A program made the position numbers and the translations under genes. A stretch of DNA of 12,816 bases from Promethearchaeota archaeon (GTDB lineage Archaea; Asgardarchaeota; Thorarchaeia; Thorarchaeales; Thorarchaeaceae): positions 1 through 12,816 of the forward strand of contig JALVPN010000120.1 in the NCBI GenBank assembly GCA_027031765.1, read 5' to 3'. The notes under the pieces are model-generated. The model did no database searches, was not told the DNA's origin, and saw only the letters and a program-made list of their open reading frames with translations. Shown here piece after piece: positions 1 to 8,028 of the stretch (positions are counted from its first letter, which is position 1; each line of letters starts with the position of its first letter).

Positions 1-8
1 CGAGAGCA

Positions 9-1043
9 ATGGATTTCCGACCCCGACTGCGAGAACGGTACTCCCGGATGTTGGCCCTGCGCGACTTTTCCGAAGAGTACATGGAGCGCATAATGGCCAC
101 GACCGTGACGGTCGTTGGCGCAGGTGGGCTGGGCAGCCCTTCGCTGACGCTCCTGGCTGCCATCGGTTTCGGCAAGATCCGAATAATCGACCACGATGTG
201 GTGGAGCTCTCAAACATCCAGCGCCAGACCGTGTACAACACCGATGACATCGGACTGCCGAAAGCCGAGGCAGCTGCAGCAAACCTGGCACGGATGAACC
301 CCGAAGTGGAGTTTGAGCCTATTGCTGTCTCTCTAACACGTGAAAACGCACGACAGCTGTTGAGGGGATCCGATATCATCGTTGATGGGCTCGACTCGTT
401 TGGCGCACGCAGGGCAGTCAACACTGCGAGTGTGTCCCTTGGCATTCCATACGTATATGCGGGTGCAATCGAGTACTATGCCAACGTGTCGACGTTCGTC
501 CCTCATGAGACCCCATGTCTGGAGTGCCTGATTGGAGACGTGGAGGACGACCCTGCAAGGTCATGCGCAGCGGTCGGTATCATGCCGACGGTCCTCTCAG
601 TTGCAGCTGCAGTCCAGGTCAACGAAACGGTCCTGCTGGCCACTGGTAGACAGCCACAGCTGGCAGGCCGCCTGATGCACATCGACATGACCGACCTGTC
701 CCTTGAGACCTTCGATATCAGCCGGCTCCCTGACTGTCCCGTGTGCTCGTCGGGTCACCACCCCCTGCCGGGGCCGGGCATCCCCAGTGTACGTGTCAAT
801 ATGCTGTGCTCTGGCGACTTTGGCGTGTCCCCAGAACACCTGGTGGAACTCGACCTCGCCTCCATAGCCGAGAACACCAGCTCCGGGCACGTGACTAAGC
901 GCAAGGAGCGCTTCATCGTGGTCGAGCTCCCAGATGGGGCCCGCATCACACTGATGGCACACGGGAATGCAGTGATAAGCGGTGTCCGGTCCGCAGATGA
1001 GGCACTCCGTATCTACTACAGTCTTGTGAGGTGCAGCGACTAG
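9..1043 (+). CDS. E1-like ThiF/MoeB/UbaA-family adenylyltransferase with C-terminal extension (probable TBP-like domain)
   Basis: GAGGLG nucleotide-binding loop, DHDVVELSNIQRQ, DGLDSFGAR, two Zn CxxC motifs (CLEC, CPVC) and active-site-like Cys in SCAAVG. About 90 extra C-terminal aa. The thiF, moeB and ubaA roles cannot be distinguished from sequence. Confidence 0.92.
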   Translation: MDFRPRLRERYSRMLALRDFSEEYMERIMATTVTVVGAGGLGSPSLTLLAAIGFGKIRIIDHDVVELSNIQRQTVYNTDDIGLPKAEAAAANLARMNPEVEFEPIAVSLTRENARQLLRGSDIIVDGLDSFGARRAVNTASVSLGIPYVYAGAIEYYANVSTFVPHETPCLECLIGDVEDDPARSCAAVGIMPTVLSVAAAVQVNETVLLATGRQPQLAGRLMHIDMTDLSLETFDISRLPDCPVCSSGHHPLPGPGIPSVRVNMLCSGDFGVSPEHLVELDLASIAENTSSGHVTKRKERFIVVELPDGARITLMAHGNAVISGVRSADEALRIYYSLVRCSD

Positions 1044-1044
1044 G

Positions 1045-3057
1045 TCAGCGTGCCTTCTCGACGATGCGCAACGCCCTTTCCACAATCGCTTCTACGTTGA
1101 ACCCGAACTTTTCAAAGAGCACCGGGTATGGGGCTGATGCACCGAACCTGTCCATGGCAACAATATCGCCGTCGTCGCCGACCCACCGCTCCCAGCCCTG
1201 CGCGACCCCGGCTTCTATCGCAATGCGTGCTGCTATTGTGCTTGTGAGCACTGTTTCTCTGTACTCGCCCCCTTGGGCTTCGAAGAGCTCCCAGCTCGGA
1301 AACGAGACCACACGTGCGGCCACACCACACTGTAGTAGGGCCTCTGCAGCCCCGATGGCGAGCTGTACCTCCGACCCGGACGCCATCAGGATGATGTCTG
1401 GACTGTCCCCATAGTCCTTGAGGACATATGCGCCCCTGTGTAGCCCGCTGGCCGGAGCAAAGGTGTCCCGGTCGAGGACTGGGACCGTCTGGCGTGTGAG
1501 TGCGAGCAGTGTCGGCCCCTCCGTCCTCCTCATTGCTACCCGCCAGGCCTCCACCACCTCATTGGCATCAGCCGGTCTGATCACCACCAGTCCCGGGACT
1601 GCACGTAGCGACGCCAGGTGTTCTACGGGCTGGTGTGTCGGTCCGTCCTCCCCTAGCCCGATGCTGTCATGTGTGTATATCCAGATGCTTGGGTGTTTCG
1701 ACAACGCTGAGATCCGTAGCGCTGGTTTCATGTAGTCCGAGAAGACAAGGAATGTCCCCGCATATGGACGCATCCCCCCATGGGCTGCTATACCATTGAC
1801 AACCCCTCCCATTGCATGTTCACGGACGCCGAAGTAGATGTTGCGTCCTCCCGGGTTGTCTGACTGGAACGCGTCACTGCAGTCAATCCATGTCTTGTTG
1901 GAACCCGTGAGGTCAGCAGACCCCCCCATCAGTTCCGGTACTCTCTGCGCCAGTGCATTGATGGTCTTTCCAGAGGCTGTCCTTGTAGGCATGCCCTTCG
2001 CACTCGCCGCGAAGACGGGGAGTCCTGAGTCCCACCCCTCCGGTAGGTCTCCTGCCATCCTCCGCTCATACTCCCGGGCAAGGCCTGGGTATTCCTCGCT
2101 GTACTGCACAAATGTTTCGCGCCACTCCTGTTCCAGCCGCTCACCGCGTGGAACCGCTCCCCTGAAGTGCTGCAGTACATCCTCGGGGACGTAGAACTTC
2201 GGTTCGACTGGCCATCCTGCCCTCCGCTTCGCCTCTGCAAGTTCCTCCTCTCCCACTGGCGCGCCGTGGCACGCCTCCGAGTCCTGCTTTGTCGGGAGGC
2301 CATAGCCGATGTGAGTCCTACATATCACAATGGAAGGCCTCGGGTCGTCCTTGGCAAGCGCTATCGCCCTGTCAATGGCATCCACATCGTTCCCGTCCGT
2401 TACCCTCACAACATGCCAGCCCTGCGCAGTGAACCTGGCCTCGATGTCCTCGGTGAACGTCCTGTCGGTGGTGCCATCTATTGAAATCTTGTTGTCATCA
2501 TAGAGCAGTACCAGCTTGCCGAGTCGAAAGTGCCCAGCAAGCGATGCTGCCTCGTAAGATATCCCCTCCATCAGGTCTCCGTCCGTGACAATCGCATAGG
2601 TGTAGTGGTCAACCACCTTGTAGCCGTCCCGGTTGAATGTGTTGGCAAGGTGCGCCTCTGCGATGGCGAGCCCGACACTGTTTGCTAACCCCTGTCCGAG
2701 CGGCCCCGTTGTGACCTCTACCCCCGGTGTTGTGCCACGTTCCGGGTGACCCGGGGTCTTGCTCCCCCACTGTCTGAAAGCAACCAGGTCGGATAGGGCT
2801 ACATCATAGCCTGTCAGGTACAGCAGGGCATATTGCAACATCGAGCCGTGTCCTCCTGAGAGGACAAACCTGTCCCTGTCAGGCCAGTCCGGGTTCTTGG
2901 GGTTGAAACGTAGGTGCCGCATCCACAGTGCATATCCCATTGCCGCAGCGCCCATTGGCATACCGGGGTGTCCTGACTTGGCCTGCTGAACAGCGTCCGC
3001 CGCAAGAAACCGGATTGTATTGAGGGCACGCTCTACTATCGTGTCGGTCTTCCTCAT
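1045..3057 (-). CDS. tkt: Transketolase, single-chain bacterial-type, 670 aa
   Basis: [39 protein letters not shown] motif GDGDLMEG...[33 protein letters not shown]. Start set at ATG 3057 (MRKTD), which has AGGAGAG just upstream, rather than 3147. Confidence 0.97.
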   Translation of the reverse strand: MRKTDTIVERALNTIRFLAADAVQQAKSGHPGMPMGAAAMGYALWMRHLRFNPKNPDWPDRDRFVLSGGHGSMLQYALLYLTGYDVALSDLVAFRQWGSKTPGHPERGTTPGVEVTTGPLGQGLANSVGLAIAEAHLANTFNRDGYKVVDHYTYAIVTDGDLMEGISYEAASLAGHFRLGKLVLLYDDNKISIDGTTDRTFTEDIEARFTAQGWHVVRVTDGNDVDAIDRAIALAKDDPRPSIVICRTHIGYGLPTKQDSEACHGAPVGEEELAEAKRRAGWPVEPKFYVPEDVLQHFRGAVPRGERLEQEWRETFVQYSEEYPGLAREYERRMAGDLPEGWDSGLPVFAASAKGMPTRTASGKTINALAQRVPELMGGSADLTGSNKTWIDCSDAFQSDNPGGRNIYFGVREHAMGGVVNGIAAHGGMRPYAGTFLVFSDYMKPALRISALSKHPSIWIYTHDSIGLGEDGPTHQPVEHLASLRAVPGLVVIRPADANEVVEAWRVAMRRTEGPTLLALTRQTVPVLDRDTFAPASGLHRGAYVLKDYGDSPDIILMASGSEVQLAIGAAEALLQCGVAARVVSFPSWELFEAQGGEYRETVLTSTIAARIAIEAGVAQGWERWVGDDGDIVAMDRFGASAPYPVLFEKFGFNVEAIVERALRIVEKAR

Positions 3058-3272
3058 CGGGTCTCTCCTGTCGTGTTGACTCGGTGAGTTCTGGGGGTCG
3101 CAGCCAATGTCCCTCTTTTGTTTGTTCCGTTCTGCCGCAGTCCACACTAGTGCTCAGCAAAGTGCCAGGTACTACAGTCACGGCCACTGTACTGGGAGAT
3201 GCCTGTGACATTGTGCTGTCTGGACAGGCACCTGACCGCCGGGATCCTCACAGCTCCGTCTACACTACCGTG

Positions 3273-4514
3273 TTACAAGTACAGGGAGACCGCTGCCCGC
3301 GGCCGTGTCCGGAGCATGCGCAGGGTCATCTTTCTCTTGACTTCCTTCTGACTCATCAGCCCACCGACGGCCGCAGCTATCAGGAACCTCGCATACTCGT
3401 CCTCATAGAAGAAGTTGGACAGTGTTTCCATGTTCTTCGAGCTACGGTAGAAGAGCTTTGCCATCGACTCCGCCACCGCGAGCTCCTTCATTATCACCCT
3501 CTTGCACCTGTCCGCATAGGTCGTCAGGCGTCGCGGGTCTGATGTCTCTACCGCTTCCGCTACGGCCTCTGCTGCAATGATCCCTGACTGGACTGCGTGC
3601 GGGATACCTTCCCCCGTGAAGGCATCGACTAGGCCTGCTGCATCACCTACAAGCACTGTGCGGCCCTGCACTATCTTGTCTGCCACCTTCACCGGGAACC
3701 TTGCCGCGCTCTCAGACAGCACCTGCGGCTCTATCCCGTACTCCTCACAGAACCTCTGGTACCACCCGTTGTAGGCTGTACGGAGCCCCTTTGCCCTGTC
3801 CTGGCGGCACCACGCACCAAGGCTCAGGACATCCCTCTTTGGGAAGCACCAGGTGTACCCGTGTGGTACGTCTCCGAAATAGAGGAAGAACACATCTGCA
3901 TCATACCCTGTTGGGTCACCACATATGTCCCGCACGGTCTTCTCGCCGACTCTGGCCTCCACCTCAATTGCAACACCGGCAGAGTCACCGTGCCACCCAT
4001 CATACAGCCCGAGTGACCTGGCGACCACCCCGTTTATCCCATCTGCTCCTACCAGATAGTCGGCACGGAGGGCCATGTCGTCCTGTGTGTACACGGTCAC
4101 TCCTGTTGCGTCATCCAGTACCCGTGTCACCTTGCAGCCCTCACGCACTTCCGCACCCGCCTCCCGGGCCTTCTTCAGTAGGAGGTGGTCGAACTCGTCG
4201 CGCATGACCGTATAGCCGGGCATGGAACGGTCTTCTGGTACGCAGTCTATTCTCTGGCCTGAGGGCGAGAACATTGTGAAGCCGCTTATCTTCCTGTGGA
4301 GCACTCCTGTCACATCAAAGTCAAGTAGACTGGTGACGGCATTCCGGATTGCCCCAGCACATGGCTTGTACCGTGGGAACTCTGACTTGTCAATGAGCAT
4401 GACACGTAGGCCCATGAGTGCTGCGCGTCGTGCAGCTGTGGAGCCCGCGGGCCCACCGCCGACAACTATCACATCATATTCCGAAGTTGTCAATGTTGGC
4501 ACCTCTGCATGCAC
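3273..4514 (-). CDS. Geranylgeranyl reductase family FAD-dependent oxidoreductase
   Basis: YDVIVVGGGPAG, KPCAGA, RDEFD, VGADG, GYTWCFP and LVGDAAG...GEGI motifs. Start is GTG 4514 or TTG 4493 (GAGGTG upstream). Substrate unknown. Confidence 0.9.
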   Translation of the reverse strand: MHAEVPTLTTSEYDVIVVGGGPAGSTAARRAALMGLRVMLIDKSEFPRYKPCAGAIRNAVTSLLDFDVTGVLHRKISGFTMFSPSGQRIDCVPEDRSMPGYTVMRDEFDHLLLKKAREAGAEVREGCKVTRVLDDATGVTVYTQDDMALRADYLVGADGINGVVARSLGLYDGWHGDSAGVAIEVEARVGEKTVRDICGDPTGYDADVFFLYFGDVPHGYTWCFPKRDVLSLGAWCRQDRAKGLRTAYNGWYQRFCEEYGIEPQVLSESAARFPVKVADKIVQGRTVLVGDAAGLVDAFTGEGIPHAVQSGIIAAEAVAEAVETSDPRRLTTYADRCKRVIMKELAVAESMAKLFYRSSKNMETLSNFFYEDEYARFLIAAAVGGLMSQKEVKRKMTLRMLRTRPRAAVSLYL

Positions 4515-4549
4515 TGGCTCTCCTCACAGTGGACGACTGAGGTCATATC

Positions 4550-5146
4550 TTAATCGGTCGGCGGCATCATTTCCCCGTCATGTGCTGCCGGACTGATACC
4601 GGGTGGGTATCTCTCCATGAACTCCTCTGCTGTGATGTCCATAGCTACTAGGTCATGGAACTGACCACCCACAAAGACTGCCTCTCTGAACCGTCCCACC
4701 ATCTTGAAACCCACCTTCTCATACACATGGATGGCCCTCGTATTGTTGGCCAGGGCATGGAGGTACACCGTGTGTAGGCCCAGTACGTGGAATGCGACCC
4801 ACAGACAGACCTCTGTGGCATCGGTGCCGTAGCCCCTGTTCTGGTCCTCGACACTGTGGACTGCAATACCGAACTCAGCCCTCCTGTTCGGACCGGTGAA
4901 CCCGTGCAGTGTGGTTGTCCCCACGAACCTACACGACCCTTTGTCCTCGATTGCAAGTACTAGGTATCCGACCTTGAGGGGGTCTTCTGTGACCACACGT
5001 TCGAGCCACTTGCGTTCGGCCTCTCGTGACATTGGGAGTGGTATCTGAATGTTCTGCCGCATCTCCAGTGTGTTCCAGTGCCGCATTATCGCATCAAGGT
5101 CGTCCATCTCCAGTGCCCTGAGCCTGACCCTTCGTCCACAGTACAT
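4550..5146 (-). CDS. GNAT N-acetyltransferase, RimJ/RimL/SpeG-like, 198 aa
   Basis: RVRLRALE, AEFGIAV...QNRGYGT acetyl-CoA loop, NTRAIHVYEKVGF and MDIT..EF. Homology starts at ATG 5146 (MYCGRR). The ORF-track extension to 5413 overlaps the opposite-strand gene. Confidence 0.88.
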   Translation of the reverse strand: MYCGRRVRLRALEMDDLDAIMRHWNTLEMRQNIQIPLPMSREAERKWLERVVTEDPLKVGYLVLAIEDKGSCRFVGTTTLHGFTGPNRRAEFGIAVHSVEDQNRGYGTDATEVCLWVAFHVLGLHTVYLHALANNTRAIHVYEKVGFKMVGRFREAVFVGGQFHDLVAMDITAEEFMERYPPGISPAAHDGEMMPPTD

Positions 5147-5279
5147 AGGCCCAGTATTGCTCCCAATAGCTAATGACTCTTGTCCTCCCTGTACCGCGGC
5201 CGATGGTCTCTCAGGTCGATAGACTAATCTGGAGTGACAGTCATCGGTCGGTCCAGAATACCATAGGTGCGATGGAATA

Positions 5280-5882
5280 GTGAGCCCACACAAGGAGGTC
5301 TTTGACGAACCTGTTGTCCGTGTACAGTTCGACAAGGTCAGGTTTCCGCAGGTGTGTCCGGTATGTGGTGCTAAGGCTACCGAGTCGACAAGGATAACAC
5401 TTGATACGCGCAAACGCTATCTCTCTCGCTCCTGGGATCCCATGGGGTCGCCGACTTGGCGCGCCCGGTTCGGTCACGGCTCCTACCCGACATACGATGT
5501 GGTGTCACTCAGGATACCGGTGTGTGAAGACCATGTGGTCAGTGATGAGAGCGACTGTCGTTCTAGGATACTCTGTGTCGTATATGATGGTCTTCTCCTC
5601 GGGGCCCTACTGGTGACGGTCATGGCTATCGGAAGCGACCTCTGGACTGGCCGGGGTGTTGCCCCATGGACCCTGGTTGTACTGTCTCTAGTCCTCGTGG
5701 CCGGCATCATCAGCATAGTCGTGTTCCGTCCTCGCCCCCTTGAGAAGGCGGTCCGGATTGTTGGTTTTGACCACGGTGTCCACTTCATCTGGCTTGCCTT
5801 TAGTGACCCTGCGTACCGTGACCTGTTCCTCAAAGAGAACGAGATGCATGCCCAGCTGGTTGGCTGGGTCCTGCGTGCATGA
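5280..5882 (+). CDS. Hypothetical membrane protein with CPVC...CEDH putative Zn site and two TM helices
   Basis: 200-aa ORF with GTG start and AGGTG upstream. C26/C29/C82/H85. Two hydrophobic stretches at about aa 97-119 and 127-148. Confidence 0.7.
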   Translation: MSPHKEVFDEPVVRVQFDKVRFPQVCPVCGAKATESTRITLDTRKRYLSRSWDPMGSPTWRARFGHGSYPTYDVVSLRIPVCEDHVVSDESDCRSRILCVVYDGLLLGALLVTVMAIGSDLWTGRGVAPWTLVVLSLVLVAGIISIVVFRPRPLEKAVRIVGFDHGVHFIWLAFSDPAYRDLFLKENEMHAQLVGWVLRA

Positions 5883-5969
5883 TGCCCTCTCCCATTGTCT
5901 CATCGCGTATTGGAGTCCACTGGTACTGCGACAGCCCATGAGTCGCAGCCCAGTGTTCCCGCTGCAGTC

Positions 5970-6350
5970 CTAGAGAGTAAGCTCCTTTTCGCTCTTCCAG
6001 AGTCCGTGGATGTTGCAGTATGCTGTGGCCATAACGGTGCCTGGCTTGTTGGTCTTGAAGACGAACAGCGCGCATGGTTCAGAGTACACCGTGCTTGTAT
6101 CTGCACCCTGTGGCGACTCACCGTGGTGGTCAAAGGTGCAGTAGCCTATCTCGACCGGGAACTTCTCGCCCTCAGGCCAGAAGAACAGGTCAATCCACTT
6201 GATGTGGTGTGCTGTGGTGTTCGGGTGCGCAATCTCCTTGCCCACTGTGACTAGGACGTGGAACAGGTTCTCGCCCTTCTTCTCAATCTCTATCACGGGC
6301 ACGTGTTTCTCACTCTTCCAGTCAGCAGTCTGGATCCACTTCTTTGACAT
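5970..6350 (-). CDS. sor: Superoxide reductase (1Fe-SOR / neelaredoxin), 126 aa
   Basis: DWKSEKHVPVIE, HPNTTAHHI, HGES, YCNIHGLW closely follow the Pyrococcus furiosus SOR pattern, giving the His4-Cys iron ligand set. ATG 6350 has GAGGT 8 nt upstream. TTG 6359 is an alternative start. Confidence 0.95.
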   Translation of the reverse strand: MSKKWIQTADWKSEKHVPVIEIEKKGENLFHVLVTVGKEIAHPNTTAHHIKWIDLFFWPEGEKFPVEIGYCTFDHHGESPQGADTSTVYSEPCALFVFKTNKPGTVMATAYCNIHGLWKSEKELTL

Positions 6351-6403
6351 CTTGTCCAACCTCTCGGTGTACTAGGACTGTAGTGGGACTTATCCACGCT
6401 GAG

Positions 6404-6420
6404 TGTTAAAACTCTTCTTC
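6404..6420 (-). promoter_or_regulatory. Probable BRE + TATA promoter of sor
   Basis: Minus strand reads GAAGAAGAG-TTTTAACA about 55 nt upstream of the sor ATG. It is the only AT-rich block in the gap. Confidence 0.55.
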
Positions 6421-6432
6421 TTGAGGGTCCCT

Positions 6433-7932
6433 TCAGTGTCCCCTCCCATCCACCCCGAGGTGCGTGATGACCCACAGTCCCTGCTCTGTCAACACGTATA
6501 TGGTGCGTGGTCGTCCTCTAAGGGGGCGCCCGGGCCGTGCCTCAGCAATCAGACCAATGCTCCGTAGCTCCGAGAGGTGCTGGTATACGCTGGGAATGCT
6601 GATGCTGACACCATACTCGCTCCTGAGGCGCTTCCATATCTCATAGCCATACGACTCCCCATGCTCCAGTATCCTGAGGATATGGAGTTTCGTAGTCCCC
6701 AGTTTACTTGTGTACTTCCTGTCCTCGACCTGACTGAGTAGGTGTTCCAGCTTTGTGCGCCCGCGTACTAGTGTCCTTGTCATTTCAGGGTACTTGAGTC
6801 CCATACCCGTGATCACACACACCACGCGGTCCGACCTGTCAATCACCCCTTCCCCGCGCAGATGGCCAAGGGCTGCTATGGTGGTCGCTGATGCTGGTTC
6901 TGCAAACACCCCCTCCTGCTTTGCCAGCATGCTCGCACCGTCAAGTATCTCACGGTCGCTCACTGCAACTGCAATGCCGTCCGACTCGCGGAGGGCCCGC
7001 AGTGCCAGCGCCCCACATGCTGGTCTCCGGACGCCAATGTCCATGGCAATCGTGTTTCCTCGCGGTGCCTCCTCTACCTCAGCTGCCCCCGTATGGAATG
7101 CTCTGACAATGGGTGCACAGCCCTTTGCCTGGACGCCCACGATTCGTGTGTCCACCTCTCCGACAAGACCAACCTCCATGAACTCGTTGAGTGCACGCCA
7201 CATCATCGACAGGAGTCCCCCGTTGCCCATTGGGACGACCAACCAGTCCGGGGCCGACCACTGCAGCTGCTCACATACTTCATATGCAGTGGTTTTTATC
7301 CCCTCAAGAAAGTAGGGGTCGTACGGTGTGACTGCACGGTTGCCGGGTCCCAGACTGCTCGCCCTCCTCATTGCCGTGTCCGGGTCTGGGGCTACATCCA
7401 CCCTCGCACTATGTGCTAGGATCTGATAGAGTTTTCCCACATCGATGTTCCGGTGCACCGCTATGAACACACTACACTGGAGGCTGCCCCTTGCAGCATA
7501 TGCGACCAGCGAGGCTGCAAGGTTGCCCGTTGTCCCACAACTAACACTCCTGTATCCGAGTTCCTTGGCCATAGAAACGGCTACAGCAGTCCCCCTGTCT
7601 ATGAACGACCCTGTGGGGTTTGTTGTTTCGGTCTTCAGGAACAGGTCAGTGATATCAAGTCCCCTTGAGAGCTCAGAGCACCGCTGTAGAAACGTCCCAC
7701 CCTCGCCAAGAGATGTCACGTCCTGTCTGTTCCTCAGCGGCAGTAGCTCCCAGTACTTCCATACGCCGGGCGTCCTGCGTTCAAGAACCCGCCGCGATAT
7801 TGTTTCACGCACATCATCAAGTCTGTAGACTACCTCAAGGACACCACCACAGTCCGTACACCGGGCTGAGGGCATACCACTTTCGTACATGGCGCCGCAA
7901 CGTGTACAGCGCAGCCCATACATCGGCGACAT
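6433..7932 (-). CDS. Threonine-synthase-fold (PLP fold II) protein lacking the catalytic Lys, fused to a C-terminal PadR-like winged HTH; putative transcription regulator
   Basis: N-terminal CxxC...CxxC, GEGGT, NPTGSFIDRG (Lys replaced by Ile), TGN, EGIKT, VPMGNGG, EPASA, TGMGLK. Then ILRIL...YGYEIWKRL...SVYQHLSELRSIGLI...RTIYVLTEQG at about 6450-6700. Start is ATG 7932 or 7923. Confidence 0.88.
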   Translation of the reverse strand: MSPMYGLRCTRCGAMYESGMPSARCTDCGGVLEVVYRLDDVRETISRRVLERRTPGVWKYWELLPLRNRQDVTSLGEGGTFLQRCSELSRGLDITDLFLKTETTNPTGSFIDRGTAVAVSMAKELGYRSVSCGTTGNLAASLVAYAARGSLQCSVFIAVHRNIDVGKLYQILAHSARVDVAPDPDTAMRRASSLGPGNRAVTPYDPYFLEGIKTTAYEVCEQLQWSAPDWLVVPMGNGGLLSMMWRALNEFMEVGLVGEVDTRIVGVQAKGCAPIVRAFHTGAAEVEEAPRGNTIAMDIGVRRPACGALALRALRESDGIAVAVSDREILDGASMLAKQEGVFAEPASATTIAALGHLRGEGVIDRSDRVVCVITGMGLKYPEMTRTLVRGRTKLEHLLSQVEDRKYTSKLGTTKLHILRILEHGESYGYEIWKRLRSEYGVSISIPSVYQHLSELRSIGLIAEARPGRPLRGRPRTIYVLTEQGLWVITHLGVDGRGH

Positions 7933-7943
7933 TGTGGCGCGCC

Positions 7944-7970
7944 CCTATATATAGGCACACGCTTATATAT
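7944..7970. promoter_or_regulatory. Divergent promoter: two TATA-like boxes, the first a perfect 12-bp palindrome
   Basis: CCTATATATAGG (7944-7955) is centred about 26 nt from ATG 7923, which fits a leaderless thrC-like mRNA. TTATATAT (7963-7970) is placed to serve the + strand S-component gene. Confidence 0.65.
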
Positions 7971-8028
7971 TCTGGGTATCCCGGCACCATGTCAACACAG
8001 TCGGTAAACTCAGCTGGTGGTGTTGAGG

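Noticed and set aside
9-3057. Functional thiamine link between the ThiF-like E1 and TPP-dependent transketolase
   Set aside because: The genes are convergent, no thiS/thiG/thi4 is nearby, and the E1 specificity is undetermined.
3058-3147. 30-aa N-terminal extension of transketolase
   Set aside because: Non-homologous. A good RBS precedes ATG 3057.
3058-3272. TPP riboswitch upstream of the TPP-dependent transketolase
   Set aside because: Only a GCTGAG fragment is present on the minus strand. The CUGAGA...ACCUGA and GCG.AGG core elements are missing.
5147-5413. 89-aa N-terminal extension of the GNAT ORF
   Set aside because: Overlaps the opposite-strand gene and the divergent intergenic region. 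GNAT similarity starts at 5146.
6433-7932. Annotation as a functional threonine synthase (thrC)
   Set aside because: The Schiff-base Lys and several substrate-binding residues are absent, so the gene symbol was withheld.
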